Shown here piece after piece: positions 8,083 through 17,385 of a stretch of DNA of 60,827 nt. Source of the stretch: a virus (taxonomy: Duplodnaviria > Caudoviricetes). The notes beneath the pieces are model-generated. The model did no database searches and had not been told where the DNA came from. It saw only the letters and a program-made list of their open reading frames with translations. Within the stretch, counting starts at the first letter, position 1, and each line of letters opens with the position of its first letter. The stretch is taken from IMG/VR virus record IMGVR_UViG_3300032954_000013, positions 1 through 60,827 of that record, one strand, 5' to 3'. The translations under genes and the position numbers were made by a program.

Positions 8083-10525
8083 AAACAAAAACATGGGCAT
8101 CATTCAGCAGCCGGGCAAGCAGCGGCTGACGCTTGCCGAAATCGCGGCCACGGGCGGGGCCCTGCGAATCCGCGATATTTCCAACCAGCTTTGGTTCCCG
8201 GCCGGACAGCCGATTCCTCCGGTCGCTCCCAAGGGCACGCCGCCGCGGCGCTATGCGTACACGCCGCTCACGAACATCAATTGGACGGGCCGCGAAGGAC
8301 AGGTCAGTTTCCAGATTCTGCGCAATTTCTCGAACTATACGATCGTGCGCGCGATCATCGAATCGGTTCTTGATCGCCTGTGTTCCGAGCATTGGGACTT
8401 CCGCGTCATCGCTCAGGACGATGAGACGAAGAAAGACTACAAGAAGCGGAACGCGACCGATCCGCGCATCAAGGCGCTCAAGGAGTTCTTCCGTAAGCCC
8501 GATGGCTGGCAGAACTTCCGCACCTGGAGCCGCGGACTCTACGACGACATGTTGGTGATTGATGCCGCTTCCATCTGGATGCAGCGCGACCAGAACGACA
8601 GGATTGCATCGCTTGTGCAAATCGATGGCGCCGAAGTCTTTCCGCTGCTCGATGAGACCGGACAGCAGCCTGATCCGAACCGCGTGCTCGTGCAAACGGA
8701 TTCGAAGAAAGCCTCGCATTCCTACCTGCAGAAGAAAAAAAGCGCCGATGCTGCCGGAGGCTCGCCGGCGTTTCAGCTCACGCCTTATGGATTTCCGGCG
8801 CAGGAGATGACCGCACGCGAACTCGTGTATGCGGTGCGCAACCGGAAGACCTTCAAGAAGTACGGTTTCTCGGTTGTCGAACAGGCGCTCGCGATGATCA
8901 CCCTAGGACTTGCGCGTCAGGATTTCCAGGCCGCCTATTACACCCAAGGGAATGTGCCCGAGTTCATCGCTTTTCTTCCCTCCGATACGCCGACGAGTAA
9001 GGCAGAGGAACTCAACGGCTATCTCGATTCGATCCTCACTGGCCAACTCGGCAACCGCCGCAAGGGTTTCTTCATGCCGAGCTATGGCAGCGAGAAGCAG
9101 CCGAATATCGTTTTCCCGAAGTCGAACGAGGAGGTTTTGAAGGATACCTTCGACGAGTGGATCGCGCGGGTGCTGTGCTTCTTCTTCGGGATGTCGCCGA
9201 CCGCCTTTATCAAGCAGGTCAACCGCGCGACGGCCGAGCAGATGTCGCAGGAATCCGAGGAGCAGGGACTGCAGCCGTATCTTGACTGGATGACCGACAC
9301 GCTCAACGAGATCGTGCAATTCCAGTTCGGTTTCAATGACATCGAGGCCGTGACCGAGACGCGCAAGGAACAGGACGCCGAGAAACAGGCGACCGTCGAC
9401 AAAATCTATGTTTCGGTCGGCATCAAGACGCTCAATGAAACCCGCGAGCAAAACGGCGACGATCCCTATGACATCCCCGAAGCGGACATGCCCATGATTA
9501 TCACGGCAACCGGTGCGCAGCCGATCGGTGTTGAACACCAAGTGGCGCAGACACAGACGAAAATCGATGCTGGCGTGATCCCCGATCCGAACGCGCCGCC
9601 CGAACCTCCCGGCGGTAACGGAAACGGCAAAAAGCCACAGGCCGGAAGGTCGGGCTCAAAAAAAAAGTTTACAGCCCAGAAAGTCGCTATCCCTGATTCA
9701 CGGCACGACTGGCCAACCCTGTCTCCCGGCATATTGAGCGCGAAAAGCCATGCCGCCCGGGTGCGTGCCGAAGTGGCCCTCCGCAAGTGTTTCCACAAGG
9801 CGAAGGATGCCGTAATTCGTGGCGCGAGCGGGATACTCGCTCGACCGGCGAAGGTCGCAAAGCAAAACGATGACGACGAGCAGAAACAGATCGAGGATGA
9901 GCTGTACGGTTACGCTGATCCGTACTTTTCGGAATTGCCGCTTGAGATTGGCCAGGCGCTTGAGGATGCCGGTCTATCGGGCGTGATTCAGGGCGCGTTG
10001 CAGCTCAATATCGACGACGCCACGTTGATTTCATCGATCAATCAGCAGGCCTCCGACTGGGCCCGGGCTCGCGCCGCCGAACTCGTGGGCATGTCCTACG
10101 ACGAGGAAGGGAACCTCATTCCTAATCCCGATGCAAAATGGGCCATTACGGAAACCACACGGCAGGATTTGCGCGACATCGTCGCAGACGCTTTCATCGG
10201 AAACACCGACCGCGAAGACATCGTCGAAAACATCAAGGCCGCGCTTGAGACTTCGCGAGTCTTCTCGGATGCTCGCGCAGCAATGATCGCGCAAACCGAA
10301 ATCGGCCGCTCTCAGATGGGCAGCTCTCTCGAAGTGTGGCGCAAGAGTGGGCTTGTGACGAAACTCGTCTGGGAGGCAGTCGGAGACAACCCGTGCCCCT
10401 TCTGCCTGCTCAACGATGGCGTGGAAGTGGACTTCGGCAAGCCATTCCCGTCCGGCGCGCACTCGACTCTGGAATCACACCCGAACTGCGCGTGCCTTGT
10501 CAGGGCGGTCGGATTTAGTGTGTGA
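8066..10525 (+). CDS. Portal protein fused to MuF/SPP1 gp7-like minor head domain
   Basis: Portal-like N-terminus (YGFSVVE, FFGMSP, TLNETR); C-terminal RAAMIAQTE, CPFC, HPNCAC. Confidence 0.9.
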   Translation: MAWFRKNKNMGIIQQPGKQRLTLAEIAATGGALRIRDISNQLWFPAGQPIPPVAPKGTPPRRYAYTPLTNINWTGREGQVSFQILRNFSNYTIVRAIIESVLDRLCSEHWDFRVIAQDDETKKDYKKRNATDPRIKALKEFFRKPDGWQNFRTWSRGLYDDMLVIDAASIWMQRDQNDRIASLVQIDGAEVFPLLDETGQQPDPNRVLVQTDSKKASHSYLQKKKSADAAGGSPAFQLTPYGFPAQEMTARELVYAVRNRKTFKKYGFSVVEQALAMITLGLARQDFQAAYYTQGNVPEFIAFLPSDTPTSKAEELNGYLDSILTGQLGNRRKGFFMPSYGSEKQPNIVFPKSNEEVLKDTFDEWIARVLCFFFGMSPTAFIKQVNRATAEQMSQESEEQGLQPYLDWMTDTLNEIVQFQFGFNDIEAVTETRKEQDAEKQATVDKIYVSVGIKTLNETREQNGDDPYDIPEADMPMIITATGAQPIGVEHQVAQTQTKIDAGVIPDPNAPPEPPGGNGNGKKPQAGRSGSKKKFTAQKVAIPDSRHDWPTLSPGILSAKSHAARVRAEVALRKCFHKAKDAVIRGASGILARPAKVAKQNDDDEQKQIEDELYGYADPYFSELPLEIGQALEDAGLSGVIQGALQLNIDDATLISSINQQASDWARARAAELVGMSYDEEGNLIPNPDAKWAITETTRQDLRDIVADAFIGNTDREDIVENIKAALETSRVFSDARAAMIAQTEIGRSQMGSSLEVWRKSGLVTKLVWEAVGDNPCPFCLLNDGVEVDFGKPFPSGAHSTLESHPNCACLVRAVGFSV

Positions 10526-11110
10526 GCCCCATCGTTTTTCATTCGTTCGACGGGCAATCTCACGATGGAAGGCGCGACCTTCCGGGGATCGGTGCCACGC
10601 CATTCTTTTGTCAACCATCTCCCGAGACTGAGTTACTCCGAAATTAGGGTTGTTTGTACCACGGCGAGTCTCGGACAGAAACTTCGCCCATTCGGGGAAC
10701 TTCTTCCCCTTACGAAATCCAGGTTTCCCAAACATCGGATTCGCCGCACCAGATCGACCGGGAGAACCTAATTTCTTTGCGCTAATCTTTCGCTTGGTTT
10801 CCTCCGAGTGCTTTCCGTGCGAACCGCCTGATTTCAGGTTGTACCCGATGCTGCGGTTACGAGAATCGAGGACGGCTATCCACAGCATTTCCAGTCCATC
10901 GAGGTCCTGCTGTGGTGCGTTGGTCAATACGGTTACTGAAAATCCAGCAGGACCATACTTCCGAATGGCCCGACTGAACAGAGAATCGGAACGACGAGAA
11001 TCGGAGATGTGGCCAGCCCACCGCGCCTCTAGGGAGTAGATGGTCTGGCCAACGTAGTACTTCCCATTGGCCAGATTTGTAATCAGATAGATGGTGCCGA
11101 GCTGAATCAT
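10475..11110 (-). CDS. Free-standing GIY-YIG homing endonuclease with NUMOD3-like motifs
   Basis: IYLITNLANGKYYVGQT, RW..H, GYN, HSEETKRKIS, NPMFGK, NNPNFG. Confidence 0.92.
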   Translation of the reverse strand: MIQLGTIYLITNLANGKYYVGQTIYSLEARWAGHISDSRRSDSLFSRAIRKYGPAGFSVTVLTNAPQQDLDGLEMLWIAVLDSRNRSIGYNLKSGGSHGKHSEETKRKISAKKLGSPGRSGAANPMFGKPGFRKGKKFPEWAKFLSETRRGTNNPNFGVTQSREMVDKRMAWHRSPEGRAFHREIARRTNEKRWGSHTKSDRPDKARAVRV

Positions 11111-11134
11111 TCCGATATTTTACCGCCCCAGGGT

Positions 11135-11150
11135 AGATATTCAAACGCTT
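11135..11150 (+). promoter_or_regulatory. Conserved late motif AGATATTCAAACGCTT (copy 2)
   Basis: Just upstream of GAGG and the ATG at 11171. Confidence 0.8.
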
Positions 11151-11170
11151 ACTGAGGGTCGCCGGACTCC

Positions 11171-12946
11171 ATGAAAGAGCTATTTTTCCAGCTAGAAAAG
11201 TTCAACGCATTCGAAGGTATCGCCACAGGAATCTTTACCGCGCAGACCGTTGATCGGGACAGGGAACGCCTGAATTACGCGAAATCCAAGCCCTATTTCG
11301 AGGCGTGGTCTGCTTCGGTGAAAAAGGATTCCGGCGGGAAATCTCTGGGCAACGTACGTCGTCAACACGACGATAAGATCGTCGCGGGGAAACTGACCAA
11401 TATCGAATTTCTCGACGACGCGCAGATCATTCGTGGCGAAGCGAAGATCATCGAGCCGGTGACAAAAGAACTCTTGGACGAAGGCGCTCTCACTGGATTT
11501 TCTATCGGTGGTCGGTACGTCGATAAGTGGATGTGCGACGACGGCGTGACCGAATACGTCGCCGACCCTGTCGAAATCTCCGTAGTGGACCGCCCCGCAC
11601 TACCGGAAGCTGTGTTCCAGTCCGTGAAGTCGGATGGCACGATCGAACTCCGCAAGTTCGCAAAGTACGAAGCAGCAGCGAAGGCCGAGGAATCCTTTGA
11701 CCAGATTCGCATGCGCGTGCAGGGCGCGCTCGATGAGAAGTACCAAGTCAACGACGAAAACAATCCGCGCTGGGTCTGGATCAAAGACATGTTCGCTGGC
11801 AGCGTCGTGTTCTCCGTGCAGGGCAAGGGCACCGGAGACGGTGAACTGTTCGAGGCTCAGTACAGCGAGGCTGACGGCAAGGTCACGCTGAGCGATCCGA
11901 TCGAGGTGATCGGCACCTACGTTCCGGCCAACAAGTCGGTGCGCTATCTCGTGCCAGACGGCGAGCATCTTCCGTACACAGACGAAAACGGGAACATTTC
12001 ACACCGACTGATGGGTGCCGCATGGGCTGCGCTGCATGGCGGATACCGCGGAAACAAGTATGAGGGCCCGGACAAGGACAAGGCGATCGCGCGGCTGAAA
12101 CGGCTCTATGAGAGTGAAGGCATGGAGACACCGGACGCGAGCAAGGCGATTTCGACGCGGATCGACCTCGCCGATACCGCCGACATGCTCAAGAATCTAG
12201 ATATTGAAACGCTTGATGACGAGACTCGGAGCTTGCTGAAAGCAATCGAGGATCAACTGGAGAAGATGACGATGCCCGACGACAAAGACAAGGATTTGGC
12301 GCTCGACAAGGCGGCGCGGCACAGCGTGCATCAGAAGATCGCGGCATGCAAGGCTGCGCACACGGCCCACCTCGAAGCTTGCAAGGCGCATCACGCCGCT
12401 ATGCACGCGCACCTTGACGGGATTTCGAAAGTCCTCGGCGGGGGCCCCGAATCGACGGCTGAAGGTGGCCAGCCCGAGCATGTGAGCGAAGGTCGCGGCG
12501 CTGGGGCACCGCAGGCCGCTGGCGCTTCCGACACGGCCGACAAGGGCGTGAAGTTCGTCGAGATCATGGACAAGGACGGCAAGGGCACCGGGATGTACAA
12601 GAAGTTCGACCCGAACGCCCCGCCTCCGACGGCCGCGGAAATCGCCAAGGAAGTCGCGAAGGCCATCCTCGAAGTTCAGAAGGCAGCGACCGATGCGATC
12701 GGTGACCGCTCGAAGGTGACTCCGTTCCGCAAGGCCGATGCGGTCACGAAGACCGACGATGCGGCCGGCGCTGCCGCCGCTGGCGAGCAGGTCGAGAAGA
12801 TGACCGACGAGGACTGGAAGGCGTATGGGCGCGGCGATGCGAAGGCTATCGCCAAGGCGCAGCGTTGCACCGCGCAGAAGTGGCAGCCGACTCCGTCACG
12901 CATCGCCAACCGGGAAGCGGCGCGCGTGGGCGTGGCGAGCGCGTAA
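11171..12946 (+). CDS. Prohead protease with long scaffold-like C-terminus
   Basis: HK97-type protease motifs RRQH, TGFSIGG, EISVVDRPA; Ala/Lys/Asp-rich helical tail; precedes capsid gene. Confidence 0.88.
   Translation: MKELFFQLEKFNAFEGIATGIFTAQTVDRDRERLNYAKSKPYFEAWSASVKKDSGGKSLGNVRRQHDDKIVAGKLTNIEFLDDAQIIRGEAKIIEPVTKELLDEGALTGFSIGGRYVDKWMCDDGVTEYVADPVEISVVDRPALPEAVFQSVKSDGTIELRKFAKYEAAAKAEESFDQIRMRVQGALDEKYQVNDENNPRWVWIKDMFAGSVVFSVQGKGTGDGELFEAQYSEADGKVTLSDPIEVIGTYVPANKSVRYLVPDGEHLPYTDENGNISHRLMGAAWAALHGGYRGNKYEGPDKDKAIARLKRLYESEGMETPDASKAISTRIDLADTADMLKNLDIETLDDETRSLLKAIEDQLEKMTMPDDKDKDLALDKAARHSVHQKIAACKAAHTAHLEACKAHHAAMHAHLDGISKVLGGGPESTAEGGQPEHVSEGRGAGAPQAAGASDTADKGVKFVEIMDKDGKGTGMYKKFDPNAPPPTAAEIAKEVAKAILEVQKAATDAIGDRSKVTPFRKADAVTKTDDAAGAAAAGEQVEKMTDEDWKAYGRGDAKAIAKAQRCTAQKWQPTPSRIANREAARVGVASA
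12199..12214 (+). promoter_or_regulatory. Conserved late motif AGATATTGAAACGCTT inside the protease gene (copy 3)
   Basis: AT-rich motif in GC-rich coding DNA; upstream of GGAG and in-frame ATGs at 12266/12272. Confidence 0.7.
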
Positions 12947-12985
12947 ACCAAGTTTTCAGTTCATTCGAAAGTTCGAGAGGACAAC

Positions 12986-14572
12986 ATGGAGCCACTGTTC
13001 AACAGTTCCGAGATTGCCGAGCTGGTCAAGCAGTACGGCAGCGCCTTCACCAAGGCGCCGTCCATCACCACGACCACCGGCCTAAACTTCCTGCCACTGG
13101 AAGAAGAGGCGCGGAACACCTACCCGGTGTTCCATCCTGTCCTCGACATGATCCCTCGCGTGACTCCGGAAGAACTCGGCCACGAAGTCGGAGGCCTGTT
13201 CGCGCAGTGGAAGCAGATCACCGCGCCCGGCACGAATGTTCTGCCGTCGGTGCCTGAAGGCAGCCGCTCCGCCTACATCTCGATTCCGGCAGTCACGACC
13301 GCCGAGAATTTCGTGACGCTGGGCGTCGATGCGGCGGTGACTTTCGAATCGCAGAGTGCGGGCGTCGGCTTCAACGACAACCTCGGCACTGCGGACTTGG
13401 CGAAGCTGAACGTGCTCTTGAACCTTGAAGAGCGCATGGCCATCTTCGGGAACTCGGGCACGGGCGCGACAGGCCAGAACGGCTTCCTGCTCGGCACCCC
13501 GACGGCTCCGGTCATCGCGTTGGCATCCGGCGGCACGATGGGCAGCGGCAAGTCCATCACCGTGGCGATCGTGGCTTTGACCGGCTGGGGCGTTTACAAC
13601 GCCTCGACCTTCGGCGCCGCTCTGACCCGCAAAGGCATCGCGCAGACGATTTCCTATACCTCGGCGGATGGCAATTCCATCGTGAACAACGGTGGAACCT
13701 CGCTGATCTCGGCGCCTTCGAACCTGGTCACCACGACCTCTGGCAGCCAGTCGGTCAAGGTCACTTGCACGTCGATTCCTGGTGCCTTCGGATACGCCGC
13801 CTACGTGGACAGCACCACGAACGATTCCGTGTCGCCGACATACGCCAACGCTTACTTCGCCGGCGTTTTCACGACCTCGGTCTTCACCATCACGGCGCTG
13901 CCGGCCACAAGCGTGCAGCGGCTGAGCGACCTGACCGACACCGACTACTCGGCGAACCCCCCGGGAACGAACACCACCGGAGACTTCACCGGCATCACGA
14001 GCTGGTACGCCGGCTCGCAGGCTGGTGCGCGGCCTTCCTACTGGAAGGATCTGCAGGGCGCGGCACTGACGGCCGACGGGGCTGGCGGCATCGTCGAAAT
14101 CGAAAACGGCATCTCGAACCAGTGGCAGACCTACCAGGTCACGCCGGACGCGGTGCTGGTCTCAAGCGACCTGGTCCAGTGGGTCAACATCCGCATGCAG
14201 ACGGCGCCATCCGGTTCGGGCGCTGCGACGTTCTTCATGCGCGAAGGCAAGCCCGGCGAAGGCATGGGCGGCTCGCTGATCGAAGAGTACAAATGCAAGT
14301 TCTCGGCGTTCAGCCGCTCGAAGGCGTTGCCGATCCGCAACATCCCGTGGCTGCCCTCGAACACGATCCTGCTGCCGACGTTCAACAACCCCTATCCCGC
14401 GGCCGGCAAGACCATCCCGGCGAACTTCCGCATGGTCTGCCGCGAGGGTTACTACGGCCTCAAGTTCCCGTACACGAGCCGCATTCACTCCATGGGCATG
14501 TTTGTCGAAGAAGGTCTCGAATGCTACGTGCCCTGGGCCGGCATCGTTCTGACGTCGGTTGGCGACGCCTGA
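12986..14572 (+). CDS. Major capsid protein with central Ser/Thr-rich insertion
   Basis: Position after protease-scaffold, GAGG RBS, strongly biased codon use, LEERMAIFG backbone-helix-like motif. Confidence 0.8.
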   Translation: MEPLFNSSEIAELVKQYGSAFTKAPSITTTTGLNFLPLEEEARNTYPVFHPVLDMIPRVTPEELGHEVGGLFAQWKQITAPGTNVLPSVPEGSRSAYISIPAVTTAENFVTLGVDAAVTFESQSAGVGFNDNLGTADLAKLNVLLNLEERMAIFGNSGTGATGQNGFLLGTPTAPVIALASGGTMGSGKSITVAIVALTGWGVYNASTFGAALTRKGIAQTISYTSADGNSIVNNGGTSLISAPSNLVTTTSGSQSVKVTCTSIPGAFGYAAYVDSTTNDSVSPTYANAYFAGVFTTSVFTITALPATSVQRLSDLTDTDYSANPPGTNTTGDFTGITSWYAGSQAGARPSYWKDLQGAALTADGAGGIVEIENGISNQWQTYQVTPDAVLVSSDLVQWVNIRMQTAPSGSGAATFFMREGKPGEGMGGSLIEEYKCKFSAFSRSKALPIRNIPWLPSNTILLPTFNNPYPAAGKTIPANFRMVCREGYYGLKFPYTSRIHSMGMFVEEGLECYVPWAGIVLTSVGDA

Positions 14573-14751
14573 TCCGTCGGCGAGACGGGAGGGCTGATGG
14601 GCAGTTCACCGACGGTCGATCCTCCGGTACTGCTTGACCGCGTGCCCGTCAAATCTGGCGATTTGTCCGGGTGCGCGAACACCAGCGAGAAAAATCCCGC
14701 TACGATCACGCCGATTCCGCGCTCTTCATTTGTAAAGGCGAAAGGAAAACC

Positions 14752-15453
14752 ATGAACCACGATCCGATTTTCAAGGATTCGCGAGGGCGCCCCATCCAGC
14801 CGCCGTCTCCCGAGCGCACAGTCACACTGAAGGCGGTGAAGGTCCTCATCTTCCTGCTCGTCAGCGCGCCGCTGCTCATGGCCGCGGCCACCCAGATCAA
14901 CCTGGCGAGCCAAGTCAAAGGCTTGCTGGCTGGAGCGAACGGCGGATTGAACGCGAACGCGAGTTCTTTCACAGGCGTTCTGCGCGAGTCGTCCGGTACT
15001 GCATCTGCGGCGGAGCTGTCCGGAGACGCCACTACTTCGGGCTCCAATGCCGTGACCGTTGCGAGGGTGAACGGCACAACCGTGCCGACGAACTCGGCGG
15101 CAGATCAGGTTCTAACCACAACAGCATCGGCCACTGGCGCATGGAAAAGCCTTGCGGATACAAGCGCCGGCGGCCTCGCTGAAACGTATAACACGTCCAC
15201 ACATGCGTTCGGGACGATTGCGGTCATAAGCGGATCTTTCGCCGATGCCGAGACGCCCTCTGGAACGATCAACGGATCAAATACCTCTTTTACTCTCGCG
15301 CACACGCCATCTCCGGCAGCCGGGTTGCAACTCTACAAGAACGGCCAGCAGTTGATTGCCGGGGGCGCTGATTATTCGCTGTCCTCCGCAACGATCACCA
15401 TGACGACCGCGCCGACGACGGGAGACGTGTTGATCGCGTTCTACCGTTACTAG
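14752..15453 (+). CDS. Signal-peptide-bearing fibre/decoration-like protein
   Basis: KVLIFLLVSAPLLMAAA hydrophobic leader (alternative GTG 14836), Gly/Ser/Thr-rich body, C-terminal beta domain. Confidence 0.7.
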   Translation: MNHDPIFKDSRGRPIQPPSPERTVTLKAVKVLIFLLVSAPLLMAAATQINLASQVKGLLAGANGGLNANASSFTGVLRESSGTASAAELSGDATTSGSNAVTVARVNGTTVPTNSAADQVLTTTASATGAWKSLADTSAGGLAETYNTSTHAFGTIAVISGSFADAETPSGTINGSNTSFTLAHTPSPAAGLQLYKNGQQLIAGGADYSLSSATITMTTAPTTGDVLIAFYRY

Positions 15454-15465
15454 GGAGATCGAAGG

Positions 15466-16020
15466 ATGAGACGATTTCTTACGTGCCTGGCGATCCTGGC
15501 TCTCGTGGCATTGCCGCTTTTTGCCACGAGCACCCAGTTCAACATCGTCACGCAGGTCAAGGGGATTCTCCCGGTCGCGAACGGCGGGACGGGAAACTCT
15601 ACTGGGCAGCCGACGGCGGCTTACGTTCAGGCGTATCTCACTGGCGCCAATGTAACGATGAGCTCGACGACGGGCACGTTCTACGACGGCCCATCGACAG
15701 GCTCGCTCGCCGCTGGAACATGGTTCGTGAGCGGCTACGTGACACTGGGAAAGGCCAGCGCGACGGGCCAGTCGCTCGACCAGTGCAAGCTATGGGACGG
15801 AACGAATACTTTCGCGACGGCGGAGACATCTGTCAACTACGTTACCTCGGCCGCTGTCACATACAGCGTAATTCATCTGAATGCGGTAGCCGTCGAAGCC
15901 GGTTCTGCGACCATCAAGATCAGTTGCGAGACGAGCGTCGCGAGCGGAGTGATCTACTACCAGACGCCGACAAGCAGTTTGGCTGACGCTAGCGGAATCT
16001 CGGCGGTAAGGATTCAGTGA
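15466..16020 (+). CDS. Signal-peptide-bearing fibre/decoration-like protein
   Basis: MRRFLTCLAILALVALPLFA leader; LPVANGGTG fibre motif. Confidence 0.75.
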   Translation: MRRFLTCLAILALVALPLFATSTQFNIVTQVKGILPVANGGTGNSTGQPTAAYVQAYLTGANVTMSSTTGTFYDGPSTGSLAAGTWFVSGYVTLGKASATGQSLDQCKLWDGTNTFATAETSVNYVTSAAVTYSVIHLNAVAVEAGSATIKISCETSVASGVIYYQTPTSSLADASGISAVRIQ

Positions 16021-16021
16021 G

Positions 16022-16894
16022 ATGCTGACGACCATCGACAGCTTCGAGGGCGATGGAACAACAGTGGAGTTCAGTCTGACTTATGTGGCCCAGACCGGTT
16101 CGCCGATCCTCGTATGGGTCAACGGCATTATCCAGGACCAGTCCGGAATTTACAGCGTTTCGGGCAAGATGCTGACGTTCATGGTCGCCCCGGAAAATGG
16201 CGACCAATTGGCGATTTTTTATTCCTACCTGGGCGCTGGATCGGGTGCCGCCGCGCCCGATCTGATACTCCTGAGCGACCTGCTCTCTTGGGCGAATGCC
16301 GGACAAAACAACCCGGCCGTGATCGCTCCGATCGCGCAACAGATCATCGACGGATTGACCCAGGCGGTCTATTGGGCTACCGGGCGCACGCCGCCCATGC
16401 TGACCCAAGTAACCAATTTCCAGGAGACCTACAACGGCAGCGGCAGCGATGTTCTCTACCTCCTAAATGCCCCAATCGTGAGCGTGGCGTCGGTCACGGT
16501 GAACGGACTGAATATCCCTGCCTCTCCAGCCTATGGACAGGCTGGATATTTCGTCCAGCAGGACGGCAAGAGCATTGCGCTGCGTTCTGGGGCGGTCTCA
16601 GGCTATCCCTTCCCGGCGACGTACGGTTACAATCGCCAAGGATACAAGTTCACCCGGGGCCGTGGCAATGTACTGGTGAGCTACGCTGCTGGCTATGACG
16701 GCTGCCCTGCGGACATCTACCTCGCAGTGCTCAAGCAGGGCAAGGTATTCCTCGACAAGCGGCTGCGCGAGGATCTTGCGAGCGCGATGATTCCCCAGGC
16801 GGGTACGAATGCCTACCGCGCTTGGGCAATGCAACCCGAAGTCCTGCTGATGCTCCAGCCGTACATTCGCACGGCGATGGCGAACATTTTCTGA
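16022..16894 (+). CDS. Head-tail adaptor with extra N-terminal beta domain
   Basis: Position; ETYNGSG..LYL..APIVSVASV and VSYAAGY..CPADI motifs of gp6-like connectors. Confidence 0.75.
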   Translation: MLTTIDSFEGDGTTVEFSLTYVAQTGSPILVWVNGIIQDQSGIYSVSGKMLTFMVAPENGDQLAIFYSYLGAGSGAAAPDLILLSDLLSWANAGQNNPAVIAPIAQQIIDGLTQAVYWATGRTPPMLTQVTNFQETYNGSGSDVLYLLNAPIVSVASVTVNGLNIPASPAYGQAGYFVQQDGKSIALRSGAVSGYPFPATYGYNRQGYKFTRGRGNVLVSYAAGYDGCPADIYLAVLKQGKVFLDKRLREDLASAMIPQAGTNAYRAWAMQPEVLLMLQPYIRTAMANIF

Positions 16895-17385
16895 TGTCGA
16901 TCACGGCCAAAGTCACGGGATTCTCCGAGGCGCAAACCGCACTGCTCGAACGCCGGGCGCTGCTGATCGGCGCCCTTTATCGGAAGGTCTTCTCGCTGCT
17001 CATCCAAGTGCAGTCGAAGATTCAGGGCAATCTCGCGCAAGGCATCGGCCTCAAATCGCGGCACGGCACGGCCGGCCTCGCTGGAAGCGTGCGCGTGATT
17101 CCACCCGCTGTCGAAGGCGCGATCATCAAGGGAAGCGTTGAAGGGGGCGGCGGACCATTCTGGTACGGCGGCATGTGGGAATTCACCGGCCATAAAGAAA
17201 TCGTTCCGGTCACGAAGAAATCGCTTTCCTGGCTCGCTGATGGTAAGCGCGTGTTTGCCATGCGCGTTTCTGCGCAAGCTCCGCGTCCCTGGATGATTCC
17301 ACCCTTTGAGGAAATGAAACCCTATATCGCCGAGCAGCTTCAGGAGGCGGCGACCAGCGCGACGAAAGGAACCGAGACTCCCTGA
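16894..17385 (+). CDS. Putative neck/tail completion protein (HK97 gp10-like)
   Basis: Position; GLAGSV, YGGMWEF, PRPWMIP motifs. Confidence 0.65.
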   Translation: MSITAKVTGFSEAQTALLERRALLIGALYRKVFSLLIQVQSKIQGNLAQGIGLKSRHGTAGLAGSVRVIPPAVEGAIIKGSVEGGGGPFWYGGMWEFTGHKEIVPVTKKSLSWLADGKRVFAMRVSAQAPRPWMIPPFEEMKPYIAEQLQEAATSATKGTETP

